The notes below the pieces were generated by a model. That model was not told where the DNA came from and did no database searches. It saw only the letters and a program-made list of their open reading frames with translations. DNA of 43,294 bases. Source: Kofleriaceae bacterium (GTDB lineage Bacteria > Myxococcota_A > Polyangia > Haliangiales > Haliangiaceae). The position numbers were made by a program, and so were the translations under genes. Location: the NCBI GenBank assembly GCA_046597055.1, contig JBKJLC010000156.1, forward strand, positions 1 through 43,294, read 5' to 3'. This document shows, piece after piece, positions 9,701 through 17,059 of this stretch (positions are counted from its first letter, which is position 1; each line of letters starts with the position of its first letter).

Positions 9701-10256
9701 GTCGATCCTCGACGAGGACAGCCGCCTCCAGTTCCGCGCCTGGGTCGACGCACGCCTCGACGAGCTACGCGCGGCCGACGACCAGGTGCCGGCGCTGCTC
9801 GACTACCGCCGCTGGTTCGAGTTCAAGCTGCGCATGAGCACCACCGATACCGAGGGCATCGAGCTCACCCACCGCCTGCGCCAGGTCGGCTCGGGCGGCG
9901 AGCAAGGCGTCCCCAACTACTTGCTCGTCCTGGCGCTCGCCAAGCTCATGTTCGACGCCGCCGGCGCGTCCGTCCGTCCGCTGCTGTTCGACGAGGCCTT
10001 CTATGGCATCGACGGGGGGCGCCGCGACCAGCTCCTGCGCCTCGCGACCGACCTCGGGCTCCAGCTGCTGGTCGCCTCGCCGGATCAAGACGGCGCGACC
10101 GCCGCCGTCCGCGCCGCGACCACGCTCTTCGTGGTCAAGGACGCCGACCATGACGTCCACCTGGCGCCTTATCACTATTGGAACCGCGCCCACGACGCTC
10201 AGTCCGAGCTGTTCGCGCCACCCGCCGACCCGGGCGACGCCACCTGTCGGACGTGA
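6771..10256 (+). CDS. jetC: Wadjet JetC/MksB-like SMC ATPase (TIGR02680-like)
   Basis: LINFHNF, Walker A GDNGSGKT, long Ala/Arg/Glu coiled coils, central hinge-like PLYELL...IEAL, LDYRRWFEF, signature GSGGEQ, Walker B/D-loop LLFDEAFYGID. Confidence 0.9.
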   Translation: MTTYQLRTIRLINFHNFVDETIEVRDGGHLFLLGDNGSGKTTVLDAVHLVLAGADLELNAAARIGGRREDGRTLQGVVLRYDSERGVRNRAGAIAYAVIELVDPVSGRRVTLGIGAEATTMEARVVKWGFLVARPLAEVALLDDHEQPLDRDALRRQLGAAQVFAPLAAYRKELARRLFGSEAQYDEAVRFWGMAKAYREIVSGARDFGALFERLLPAPDGTVFDEILKTLRAIDDLDLALRDLDGQRAYVGSLAERMRDVATGREAAVRYGWLACRREQDDAAAAGAHATTEAATWTHEARRLDVEAEAARLRSERADESLRRAESADAASVLTAVRAAEVRQREHAIEVERAGNDVAERRRECDRTAGVAATRRAALTEHARTSASELRAAVAAARELPGELEVVAQLGDALEQVTPPGVVEVAALPEVAGAAGVAEVVLAGRQRALIDAQVDRGTAEGRRAACANAVTELEAGSETGLLLLGHAAARRALAAAGIAARPLYELLEPAPDADPATLAAIEALAGDDVLGALVVADDERGRARELVAAVAPSVRVVMTASSAAALPAWCAAALAGSPTTATTVLAAALSQPPDLGPLPPPDARDVMLRGLAHRVANEPPRLLGAVARQRAHAARLAAARAVLADADRAVIEAGRTVDLARDGVDRAQRLGRAIAAAGGAALVGAWHEASAALHRAGLATEAWRGAERRAATCATRLAELQAEVGALRARIDGVDLDELERRLATLRRAAAESRQAWRDLVDQAAQAAAEVRAATGRAAAARARSADLAAQLADATRRLRAALVAISADPFDGDDDGLAHHVRVTLRGDSFRSSDTLRQRIAEEERAADAAADELERDGSRGVRFLLHAARFGFLYDRARNHIEDGRGQPLAGVLAELDRSIGEQRSVVNERTRTLMDTLVMGELARHLQGQVHHLHDTIKGINRVMRGLRFGPTEYQFQVTPRADRIELIELVRRLSILDEDSRLQFRAWVDARLDELRAADDQVPALLDYRRWFEFKLRMSTTDTEGIELTHRLRQVGSGGEQGVPNYLLVLALAKLMFDAAGASVRPLLFDEAFYGIDGGRRDQLLRLATDLGLQLLVASPDQDGATAAVRAATTLFVVKDADHDVHLAPYHYWNRAHDAQSELFAPPADPGDATCRT

Positions 10257-10319
10257 CCACGCCGCCGCTGGCTGAGTGGCGTCTCCTTCGGCGCGCCCGT
10301 GCGCGCCCGGCGCGAACCG

Positions 10320-10817
10320 TCAGGCGCGGTTCGGCTGCGCCAGCCAGGCGGCGGTGAACGCGGCCGCGCCGGCGTAGCTCTTCTCGATCTCGGCGACGAT
10401 CTTGCGCTCGACCAGACCGCCCAGGCCGAACAGGCGGACGGTGACCTCGCCGCGCACGATGCGGCGGGTGCCGCCGGGGGCGGCGGCCAGCTCGAGGGTG
10501 CCGCGGTTGACGACCCGATCGGCGAACACGCTGGGGATCGTGCGCCAGGTGCCCCGGCCGGCGGCGAGATCGTAGTCGAGCTCTTCGACGAACGCGGCCT
10601 TGTCGTCGAGGACCTGGGCGGCCTCGGAGCCAGCGTCGCGGCGGGGCGTGCAGCGCACGTGGCGGACGATGCGCGTGCCGGCGCGGTCGAGGCGCAGGAG
10701 CGTGCGGCCCAGGCCGAGCGCATCGCCGAGCGCGATGCTGAACGACTCGTCGAAGTGGAGCGCGGCGTAGGCGGCCGGCGCGATGCCGGCGTAGGTATGC
10801 TCGATCAGGAACTTCAT
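10320..10817 (-). CDS. DUF2505-like (START/SRPBCC-fold) protein
   Basis: ATG 10817 overlaps upstream stop (ATGA); MKFLIEHTY..., GTRRIVRGEVTVRLFGLGGLVERKIVAEIEKSY typical of DUF2505. Confidence 0.7.
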   Translation of the reverse strand: MKFLIEHTYAGIAPAAYAALHFDESFSIALGDALGLGRTLLRLDRAGTRIVRHVRCTPRRDAGSEAAQVLDDKAAFVEELDYDLAAGRGTWRTIPSVFADRVVNRGTLELAAAPGGTRRIVRGEVTVRLFGLGGLVERKIVAEIEKSYAGAAAFTAAWLAQPNRA

Positions 10818-12208
10818 CGCACGGTGGCGGCCGCGCCCGACGCGCGATGGAGCGACCCGGCGAGCGCGCGCACCTCGAAGTCGCGCGGGTCGAACCCGGT
10901 GACGTCGGCCGCTGACACGGTCAGGGTCAGGCCGCCGGTCCCGAGCGGATCCGGGGTCAGCGCCGGCAGCGCGAACCCGGTCGAGCCGTCGAGCAGGCTC
11001 AGCGTCCACACGGTGGTGCCGTCGGCGCGGCTGAAGCTCGCGTAGTGGATCGCCGCGCCGGTCGCGCCGGTGAACGTGTACTGGCCGCCGGTGCGGGTGA
11101 TGGCGGCGGGCGCCGGCAGCCACGGGTCGATCGCGACCGCGCTGCCGAGCGCGACCACGTCCATGAACACCGAGCTGTACGGGGTGGCGGCGGTGCCCGG
11201 GGCCGAGGCCAGCGCGACCACGCGATAGCTGCCGGCGAACCCGCCGGTCGGCGTGAGGACCTGCGTCGACAGCTGGCCGGGCGCGACCGTCGGCAGCGGG
11301 AACACCACCCGGCCGTCGTCGCCGAGGTCGAGCATCGGGATCGCGACCACGTCGCCGAGGCCGGGGAGCGCGGGGGGGAAACTGACCGAGAACTGGGAGC
11401 GCGCGCCGGCCGCGACCAGGGTCAGGCTCTCGCCGGTGACCTGCTGGCCGGCGGTGAGCGTCACGCCGGCCGAGGCGGCGTAGCCGACCAGCGTGTAGAC
11501 GTCGTCGCCGGTGTCGTTGGGCGTCAGCCGGGAGTCACCGTTCACGATCACGGCGACGTGGCGCTGGCGGCCGATCCGGGCGACCAGCTCCCAGGCGCAG
11601 GTGCTCGCGGCGCTCGACGAGCGCACGCAGGTGTTGAGCGGGGTCGTGCCGCTCATCGCCTGCGGCAGGTTGTTCTCGGGCGCGCCGACGTCGTCGGTGA
11701 AGGTCGCGAGCACGACCGCCAGCGTGTAGTGGCCGAACGCCGGCGCGGGCAGGTCGTTCCAGCCGGCGATCGTGCCGCTCACGCGCGCGCTCGGGGTCGT
11801 GCGCGGCAGCGGGTCGAGCGGGATGGTGACGTTGGTGCCGGCGACGCCGACCCAGGTCGCGGCGGCGTGGCCGGGCGCGGTGACGGTCACCGTCTGCGGG
11901 CCGGTCAGCGCCGGGTCGGTGAAGACGACCAGCCCGGTCGCGCTGGTCGTGCCGGTCAGCGGGGTGGCCGCGCTGGCGGCACCGACCCGCACGCTGGCAC
12001 CGACCACCGGCGTGGCGCCCCCGGCGGCGACCACGTGGACGTTGAGCGTCCCGTCGATCGCCGCGCTGGCGACGCCGCCGCCCGCGATCAGCCGCGGCGT
12101 GGTGCTGTCGTCGTCGCCGTCGTCATCGCCGTCGTCGCCCCCGGCGCCGGGGCCACACGCGACCAGGGCGGCCAGCGCCAGGAAGCGGAACGGGCGGGCG
12201 ATGTTCAT
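10814..12208 (-). CDS. Beta-rich lipoprotein with carboxypeptidase-regulatory-like domain
   Basis: Lipobox ALVA-C, Asp-rich linker, PVVGASVRVG...TTSATGLVVF...VTVTAPGH motif; ATGA overlap with upstream stop. Confidence 0.75.
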   Translation of the reverse strand: MNIARPFRFLALAALVACGPGAGGDDGDDDGDDDSTTPRLIAGGGVASAAIDGTLNVHVVAAGGATPVVGASVRVGAASAATPLTGTTSATGLVVFTDPALTGPQTVTVTAPGHAAATWVGVAGTNVTIPLDPLPRTTPSARVSGTIAGWNDLPAPAFGHYTLAVVLATFTDDVGAPENNLPQAMSGTTPLNTCVRSSSAASTCAWELVARIGRQRHVAVIVNGDSRLTPNDTGDDVYTLVGYAASAGVTLTAGQQVTGESLTLVAAGARSQFSVSFPPALPGLGDVVAIPMLDLGDDGRVVFPLPTVAPGQLSTQVLTPTGGFAGSYRVVALASAPGTAATPYSSVFMDVVALGSAVAIDPWLPAPAAITRTGGQYTFTGATGAAIHYASFSRADGTTVWTLSLLDGSTGFALPALTPDPLGTGGLTLTVSAADVTGFDPRDFEVRALAGSLHRASGAAATVR

Positions 12209-14022
12209 GATGGGACCGAGCCAGTCTCGGCTCGCCGGGCGAGCACGCGGTAGGTGTTGGACCGGGCGCTGCGGCGGAGCAGCGGCGCGCCGAGCTGATC
12301 GGTGAGCCAGCCGGCGACCAGGAACGGCGTGCCGACCGTCCACACCGCGACCCGCCAGGTGCGGGCGACCGCGCCGCCCGAGCGCCACGGCACGTTGGTC
12401 GGCGGCGCCAGCCGGCCGAGGCCGAGCCACACCGCCGACAGGAAGTCGACCGGGGTGTGGGCCGGGCCGCGATGCCACTCGACCGGCACGAAGCCCTGCT
12501 CGCGGAGCAGGCGCTCGAGGTTGCCGACCGAGAGGAAGTGCTGGTGCTGGGGCTGGAACCACGGCAGCCAGTATCGGCCGAGCAGGCGCCCGAGGAAGAA
12601 CTCGGGATCGGGTACCTCGATCATGAGGTGGCCAGCCGGGGCCAGCGCGACGTGCGCGGCCGCCAGCTCCTGACGCGGATCGAGCGTGTGCTCGAGGTAG
12701 TGGCTCATGCTGACCGCCTCGTAGCTGCCGGCCAGGCTCGGCGCGAGCTCGGGGAACAGGCCGCGGTAGGCGTTGCTGATCCAGCCGCGCTTGTGGGCCT
12801 CCTCGATGCTCTCGCTCATGTCGAGGCCGTCGAAGCGGGTGTCGGGCAAGGCGTCCTTGGCCACGCAGCAGAAGTGGCCGTGGCCGGCACCGACGTCGAG
12901 CCAGCGCGCTGGCACCTGGACGTCGGCGACCATGCGCGCGCGGGCCAGGTACGACCGCGGCTGGTAGCCGAAGATCGACTCCATGCCGGCCTCGCCGAGG
13001 CCGTCGTAGAAGTCCTTGTAGTAGAAGTCGAGGCCCGCGAACGACAGCCGCGGGTTCTGGAAGATGTGGCCGCAGCCGTCGCACTTCTCGAGCGTGAACC
13101 GGCCCGGCTTGTGCTGGAGCAGATCGCGCGAGGTGTGATGGACCGCGAGCGTGGTCGCGTCGCACACCGGGCAGGTCGCGCGGCGCTGGTCGAAGAAGCG
13201 GCCGGTGCCGCCCTCGAGCAGGCGCTGGTACTCGGGGCGGCGGCTCGCGACCGGGTCGGGCGCGCCCGGCGGCTGCCAGCGCCCGAGCAGGGTGCCGACC
13301 AGGGTCACGATCTCGAGCGGCGCGCGCAGCACGGTCGCGACCAGGAGGTCGCGCGAGCGGACCGGCGTGCCGGCCAGCGCGAGCAGCGGCTGCAGGTGCC
13401 AGATCCCGAGCGTGATGCCGCCCAGGACCGGGTGCAGCCAGACGCCGAGGCCGAACAGGATCCAGAACGCCGGCTGCAGCGCGAGCGCGACCGGCGTCGA
13501 GGGGCCCAGCACCGCGCGCATCAGCGCCCGACGACGAGCGAGCGGGAACGACCGCGCCGTCTCTGCGGGCGCGACCACGATCCCGAAGCGCGAGCTGGCG
13601 TAGCGCTTGAGCTGGCGAGCGGCGTGGACGAACCCGACCTCGTCGGCGATCGGCTCGGTCAGGCCGGCCCGCGCCGCGACCTCGTCGGTCACCAGCATCG
13701 CGTGGCCGGTGGTGACGCCGGTGGCGAAGCGCTCGCGGCGGAGCCGGACCGGATCGACCATCTGGGCCAGGCTCATCGCGCGGATCGCCGGCAGATCGCC
13801 GGGGATCAGGTCGACGACGTCGAGGCCCTCGGCGCGGGCCCACGCGCTGGCGGCGCGCCGGGTCGCCTCGTCGAGCGTCACGCCCGGCGCGGTCAGGAAG
13901 TGGTGCTCGGGGCTCACCGGCTGGTCCGATGCGGGCAAGCGCGGCAGCCCGGCCAGGCGGCCGCGCATGCGCCCGCTGTCGAGCACGAGGACGACGATCA
14001 GTAGCGCGAGGATCCAGATCAC
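12205..14022 (-). CDS. Membrane-anchored class I SAM methyltransferase with Zn-ribbon and degenerate GT2-like N-terminal region
   Basis: GTGA overlap; N-terminal TM helix; CPVC...CDGC then FQNPR; WLDVGAGHG, SHYLEHTLDP, LMIEVP motifs. Confidence 0.85.
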   Translation of the reverse strand: MIWILALLIVVLVLDSGRMRGRLAGLPRLPASDQPVSPEHHFLTAPGVTLDEATRRAASAWARAEGLDVVDLIPGDLPAIRAMSLAQMVDPVRLRRERFATGVTTGHAMLVTDEVAARAGLTEPIADEVGFVHAARQLKRYASSRFGIVVAPAETARSFPLARRRALMRAVLGPSTPVALALQPAFWILFGLGVWLHPVLGGITLGIWHLQPLLALAGTPVRSRDLLVATVLRAPLEIVTLVGTLLGRWQPPGAPDPVASRRPEYQRLLEGGTGRFFDQRRATCPVCDATTLAVHHTSRDLLQHKPGRFTLEKCDGCGHIFQNPRLSFAGLDFYYKDFYDGLGEAGMESIFGYQPRSYLARARMVADVQVPARWLDVGAGHGHFCCVAKDALPDTRFDGLDMSESIEEAHKRGWISNAYRGLFPELAPSLAGSYEAVSMSHYLEHTLDPRQELAAAHVALAPAGHLMIEVPDPEFFLGRLLGRYWLPWFQPQHQHFLSVGNLERLLREQGFVPVEWHRGPAHTPVDFLSAVWLGLGRLAPPTNVPWRSGGAVARTWRVAVWTVGTPFLVAGWLTDQLGAPLLRRSARSNTYRVLARRAETGSVPS

Positions 14023-15176
14023 GACAGGGCCTCCAGGGCAACAGCGGCGGCGGCAGCGCCACCGGCACTCGCGAACGACGTGCGCACGCGATCGGCGGCG
14101 GCACGAAAGGCGGGCTCGACCAGCACGCGGCGGACGGCCTCGGTGAGCTCGGGGGGCTGGACCCGGCCGAACTTGACGCGGAGGCCGGCGCCGGCGGCGA
14201 CCACCAGGTCGGCGACGATCGGCTGATCGTCCTTGATTGGCGCGATCACCAGCGGCAGGCCGTGGGCGAGCGCCTCGCACACGGTGTTGTGGCCGCCGTG
14301 ACAGACCACGGCATCGACGTGAGGGAGCAGCGCGAGCTGCGGCACGGTGCGGCGGACGATCACGTTGGCCGGCACCGCGGGCACCAGCTCGGGCGGCGCG
14401 ACCAGGATCACCTGCATCGGCTGATCGGCGAGCGCGGCCACCGCGGTCGCGTAGAAGCGGCCGCTGGCCTCGGCGTTGACCGTGCCCATCGACACCAGCA
14501 CCCGCGGGCGCGCGCGCAGCACGTCCCACGGGAACGGCGCCGGCTCGGGTCGATCGCTGATCGAGGGGCCGACGAAGCGGTAGTGGGCGGGGAAGCGATC
14601 GGTCGGGCCGACCAGCGCCTCGGTGGTGAACGCGATCAGCAGGTGCGGCGAGCGCTCGCCGTGCGGGGCGGGCACGAGCCCGGCCTCGCGCTCGAGGCCC
14701 GCGATCAGCTCGCCCATCCAGCGCGCGACCTGGGGCAGCGCCGCCAGCGGCTCGGTGACGCCGGCCGAGGTGGTGGCCAGGGTCGCCCACGGCAGCCCGC
14801 GACGGCGCGCGACCAGCGCACCCGCGACCGCCTGCTGATCGACGACCAGCACGTCGGCCGCAAACTCCGCGACCGCGGCCTCGACCCCGGGCCGCATCGA
14901 GCGCGCCAGCGGCGCCAGGAAGTCTTCCCACAGGAACTTCAGCGCGGCGGCACCGCGGACCACCCGGGCCCGATCGGTGACGTCGGCGACCAGCTCGGGG
15001 GTGACGTGCTCGCTGAGCGGGAACAGCCGCGCGCCGGCGGGCAGCAGCCGCTGCACGGTCCCGGCGTGGGCGGCCCACGCGACCTGGTGGCCGCGCTCCT
15101 CGAGCGCGCGCGCGACCGAGATGGTCGGGTTGACGTGGCCGGTGAGCGGCGGCACCACGAACAGGAAGCGCGCCAT
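14019..15176 (-). CDS. GT1/MGT-family glycosyltransferase
   Basis: PPLTGHVNPT, VLVSMGT, VPQLALLPHVDAVVCHGGHNTVCEALAHGLPLVIAPIKDDQP (UDP-sugar binding signature). Confidence 0.92.
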   Translation of the reverse strand: MARFLFVVPPLTGHVNPTISVARALEERGHQVAWAAHAGTVQRLLPAGARLFPLSEHVTPELVADVTDRARVVRGAAALKFLWEDFLAPLARSMRPGVEAAVAEFAADVLVVDQQAVAGALVARRRGLPWATLATTSAGVTEPLAALPQVARWMGELIAGLEREAGLVPAPHGERSPHLLIAFTTEALVGPTDRFPAHYRFVGPSISDRPEPAPFPWDVLRARPRVLVSMGTVNAEASGRFYATAVAALADQPMQVILVAPPELVPAVPANVIVRRTVPQLALLPHVDAVVCHGGHNTVCEALAHGLPLVIAPIKDDQPIVADLVVAAGAGLRVKFGRVQPPELTEAVRRVLVEPAFRAAADRVRTSFASAGGAAAAAVALEALS

Positions 15177-15982
15177 CAGGAGGGCCCGCCCGCTGGCGCC
15201 CGGGCCGCGACCCAGTCGACGATGTGCTGGCGGACGTCGGCGGTCGCCTCCCACAGGACCGAGTGGCTGCAGCCCGGCAGGATGTGCAGCGTACACGCGG
15301 GCAGCGCGGTGGCCAGCGCCTCGCCGCGATCGCGGACGTCGGAGCGCTCGCCGTAGAGCGCGAGCACCGGGCACCGGATCTGCGCGAGCGCGGCCGCGGT
15401 CAGCGGCGCCGACCGCGCGGGATCGCCGAGGTCGGCGACCAGCGAGGTGCCCTCGACCAAAGCCTGGGCTGCGGTCGCCAGCCGGGTCCGCTTGCGCTCG
15501 CTGTGGCGGCCGAGCCAGGCCGCGAAGGTCTCGCCGATCTTCTGGTCGCGGGCCGCGCCCTGCAGCCCGAGGGTCGCGGACATCTGCGCGCTCCAGCCGG
15601 CGGCGCCGTCGTGGGCGTCGATCAGCGCGAGGCTGGCGACCCGGTCGGGATGGGCGGCGGCGAAGCCGAGCGCGATCAGGCCGCCGACGCTGTTGCCGAC
15701 CAGGTGGACCGGCCGGGTCACGGCCAACGCGTCGAGCAGCGCCGCGAGGTCGGCGACCAGATCGGCGACCGCATAGCCGCCGGCCGGGCGCTCGGAGCGC
15801 CCGTGGCCGCGCAGGTCGTAGAGGATGACGTCGGCGCCGGCGGCGGCGACCGGGTTGGCGAGCGTGAAGTAGAAGCTCGACAGGTTGTCCATCACCAGGC
15901 CATGCACGAACACGACCGTGCGCGGGCCCGCGCCGAGGCGCTGGACATGCAGCCGCACGCCGTTGGCGGCCACGTCACTCAC
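15176..15982 (-). CDS. Alpha/beta hydrolase
   Basis: FVHGL, YDLRGHGRS, nucleophile GNSVG, C-terminal His in CSHSVL. Confidence 0.9.
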   Translation of the reverse strand: MSDVAANGVRLHVQRLGAGPRTVVFVHGLVMDNLSSFYFTLANPVAAAGADVILYDLRGHGRSERPAGGYAVADLVADLAALLDALAVTRPVHLVGNSVGGLIALGFAAAHPDRVASLALIDAHDGAAGWSAQMSATLGLQGAARDQKIGETFAAWLGRHSERKRTRLATAAQALVEGTSLVADLGDPARSAPLTAAALAQIRCPVLALYGERSDVRDRGEALATALPACTLHILPGCSHSVLWEATADVRQHIVDWVAARAPAGGPS

Positions 15983-16772
15983 GGAGATGCTCCGCGAGCG
16001 CGGCGGTCAGCTCGGCGCGGGCGTCGAGGTGGAGATAGTGTCCGCCCGGCAGCACCACCAGGCGCGCGGCGGGCACGGTGCGCGCGAGCCGCTCGCCGGC
16101 GGGCCGGCACACCGAGCGGTCGCCGTAGACGCACAGGAGCGGCGGGCGCAGGGTGGCCAGCTCGGCGTCGGCGAGATCGGGCTCGGCGTGGAGGTCGGCG
16201 AGCAGCGAGGTCTCGAAGACGAGATGTCGTAGCGACTCGAGCAGGCGCTGGGCCTGGCGGCGGCCGCTGGCGACCGCGTCGCGCAGCGAGGCGGGCAGCG
16301 CGTCGAGGATCCGCGCCGGCAGGTCGGGCCCGGGGCTGGCCGACGGCTCGGCCGGTGCCGGGGCCGCGGCGTCGCCGAAGAACGCGGCGATCTCGCCGGC
16401 GCGCGACGGCGGCAGCGGCGCCTCGACCAGCGCGAGCCGGCGGACCCGCGCCGGCTGATCGAGCGCGAACCGCAGCGCGACCAGCGCGCCCCAGCTGTGG
16501 CCGACCAGATCGAACCGGCCCAGATCGCGGGTGAGCGCGTCGAGATCCGACGCCATGGTGCGCAGGTCGTAGCCGGTGCGGGCCCGCGCGCTGCGCCCGT
16601 GGCCGCGCAGGTCGTAGAGCCGGACCCGGTGGTGCTGGGCCAGCGCCGGCGCGGCCGTGAAGTACCAGGACGCGAGGCTGCCGATCAGCAGGCCGTGCAG
16701 CATCACCACCGGCGGGCCCGCGCCGAGCTCCTGCACGTGGAACCTGAGGTCGTTCGCCGCTACGACCGACAT
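15975..16772 (-). CDS. Alpha/beta hydrolase
   Basis: MLHGL, YDLRGHGRS, nucleophile GHSWG, C-terminal His in GGHYL. Confidence 0.9.
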   Translation of the reverse strand: MSVVAANDLRFHVQELGAGPPVVMLHGLLIGSLASWYFTAAPALAQHHRVRLYDLRGHGRSARARTGYDLRTMASDLDALTRDLGRFDLVGHSWGALVALRFALDQPARVRRLALVEAPLPPSRAGEIAAFFGDAAAPAPAEPSASPGPDLPARILDALPASLRDAVASGRRQAQRLLESLRHLVFETSLLADLHAEPDLADAELATLRPPLLCVYGDRSVCRPAGERLARTVPAARLVVLPGGHYLHLDARAELTAALAEHLRE

Positions 16773-17059
16773 GCGACGATGTGCTCCACCAGCTGGCCGA
16801 CGGTCAGGCCGATGATCTCGTCGAGCTCCTTGGCCGAGATCCAGCCGACGAAGTCGACGGTGCTGCCGTAGTGCTGCTGCAGCACCTCGGCCAGCGCGAC
16901 GAACTCGATGCTCTCGAGCTCGAGGTCGGCGTTGAACGAGGTGGCCATCGTGATCGGGCCGAGCAGCGTGAGCTCGTCGCCGACGACCTCGACCAGGAGG
17001 CGCTCGACCGTGGCCAGGATCTCGGGCTGCTGCGCGGGGCTGAAAGCTACTGCCGTCAT
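16760..17059 (-). CDS. Stand-alone acyl carrier protein
   Basis: 99 aa, acidic; DLELESIEFVAL phosphopantetheine-site motif, LTVGQLV tail; ATGA overlap with PKS stop. Confidence 0.85.
   Translation of the reverse strand: MTAVAFSPAQQPEILATVERLLVEVVGDELTLLGPITMATSFNADLELESIEFVALAEVLQQHYGSTVDFVGWISAKELDEIIGLTVGQLVEHIVACRS

Noticed and set aside
10313..10333. Hairpin cgaaccg-N7-cggttcg between convergent jetC and DUF2505-like genes as a terminator
   Set aside because: Only a 7-bp stem, no U-tract, partly inside coding sequence; plausible but unsupported.
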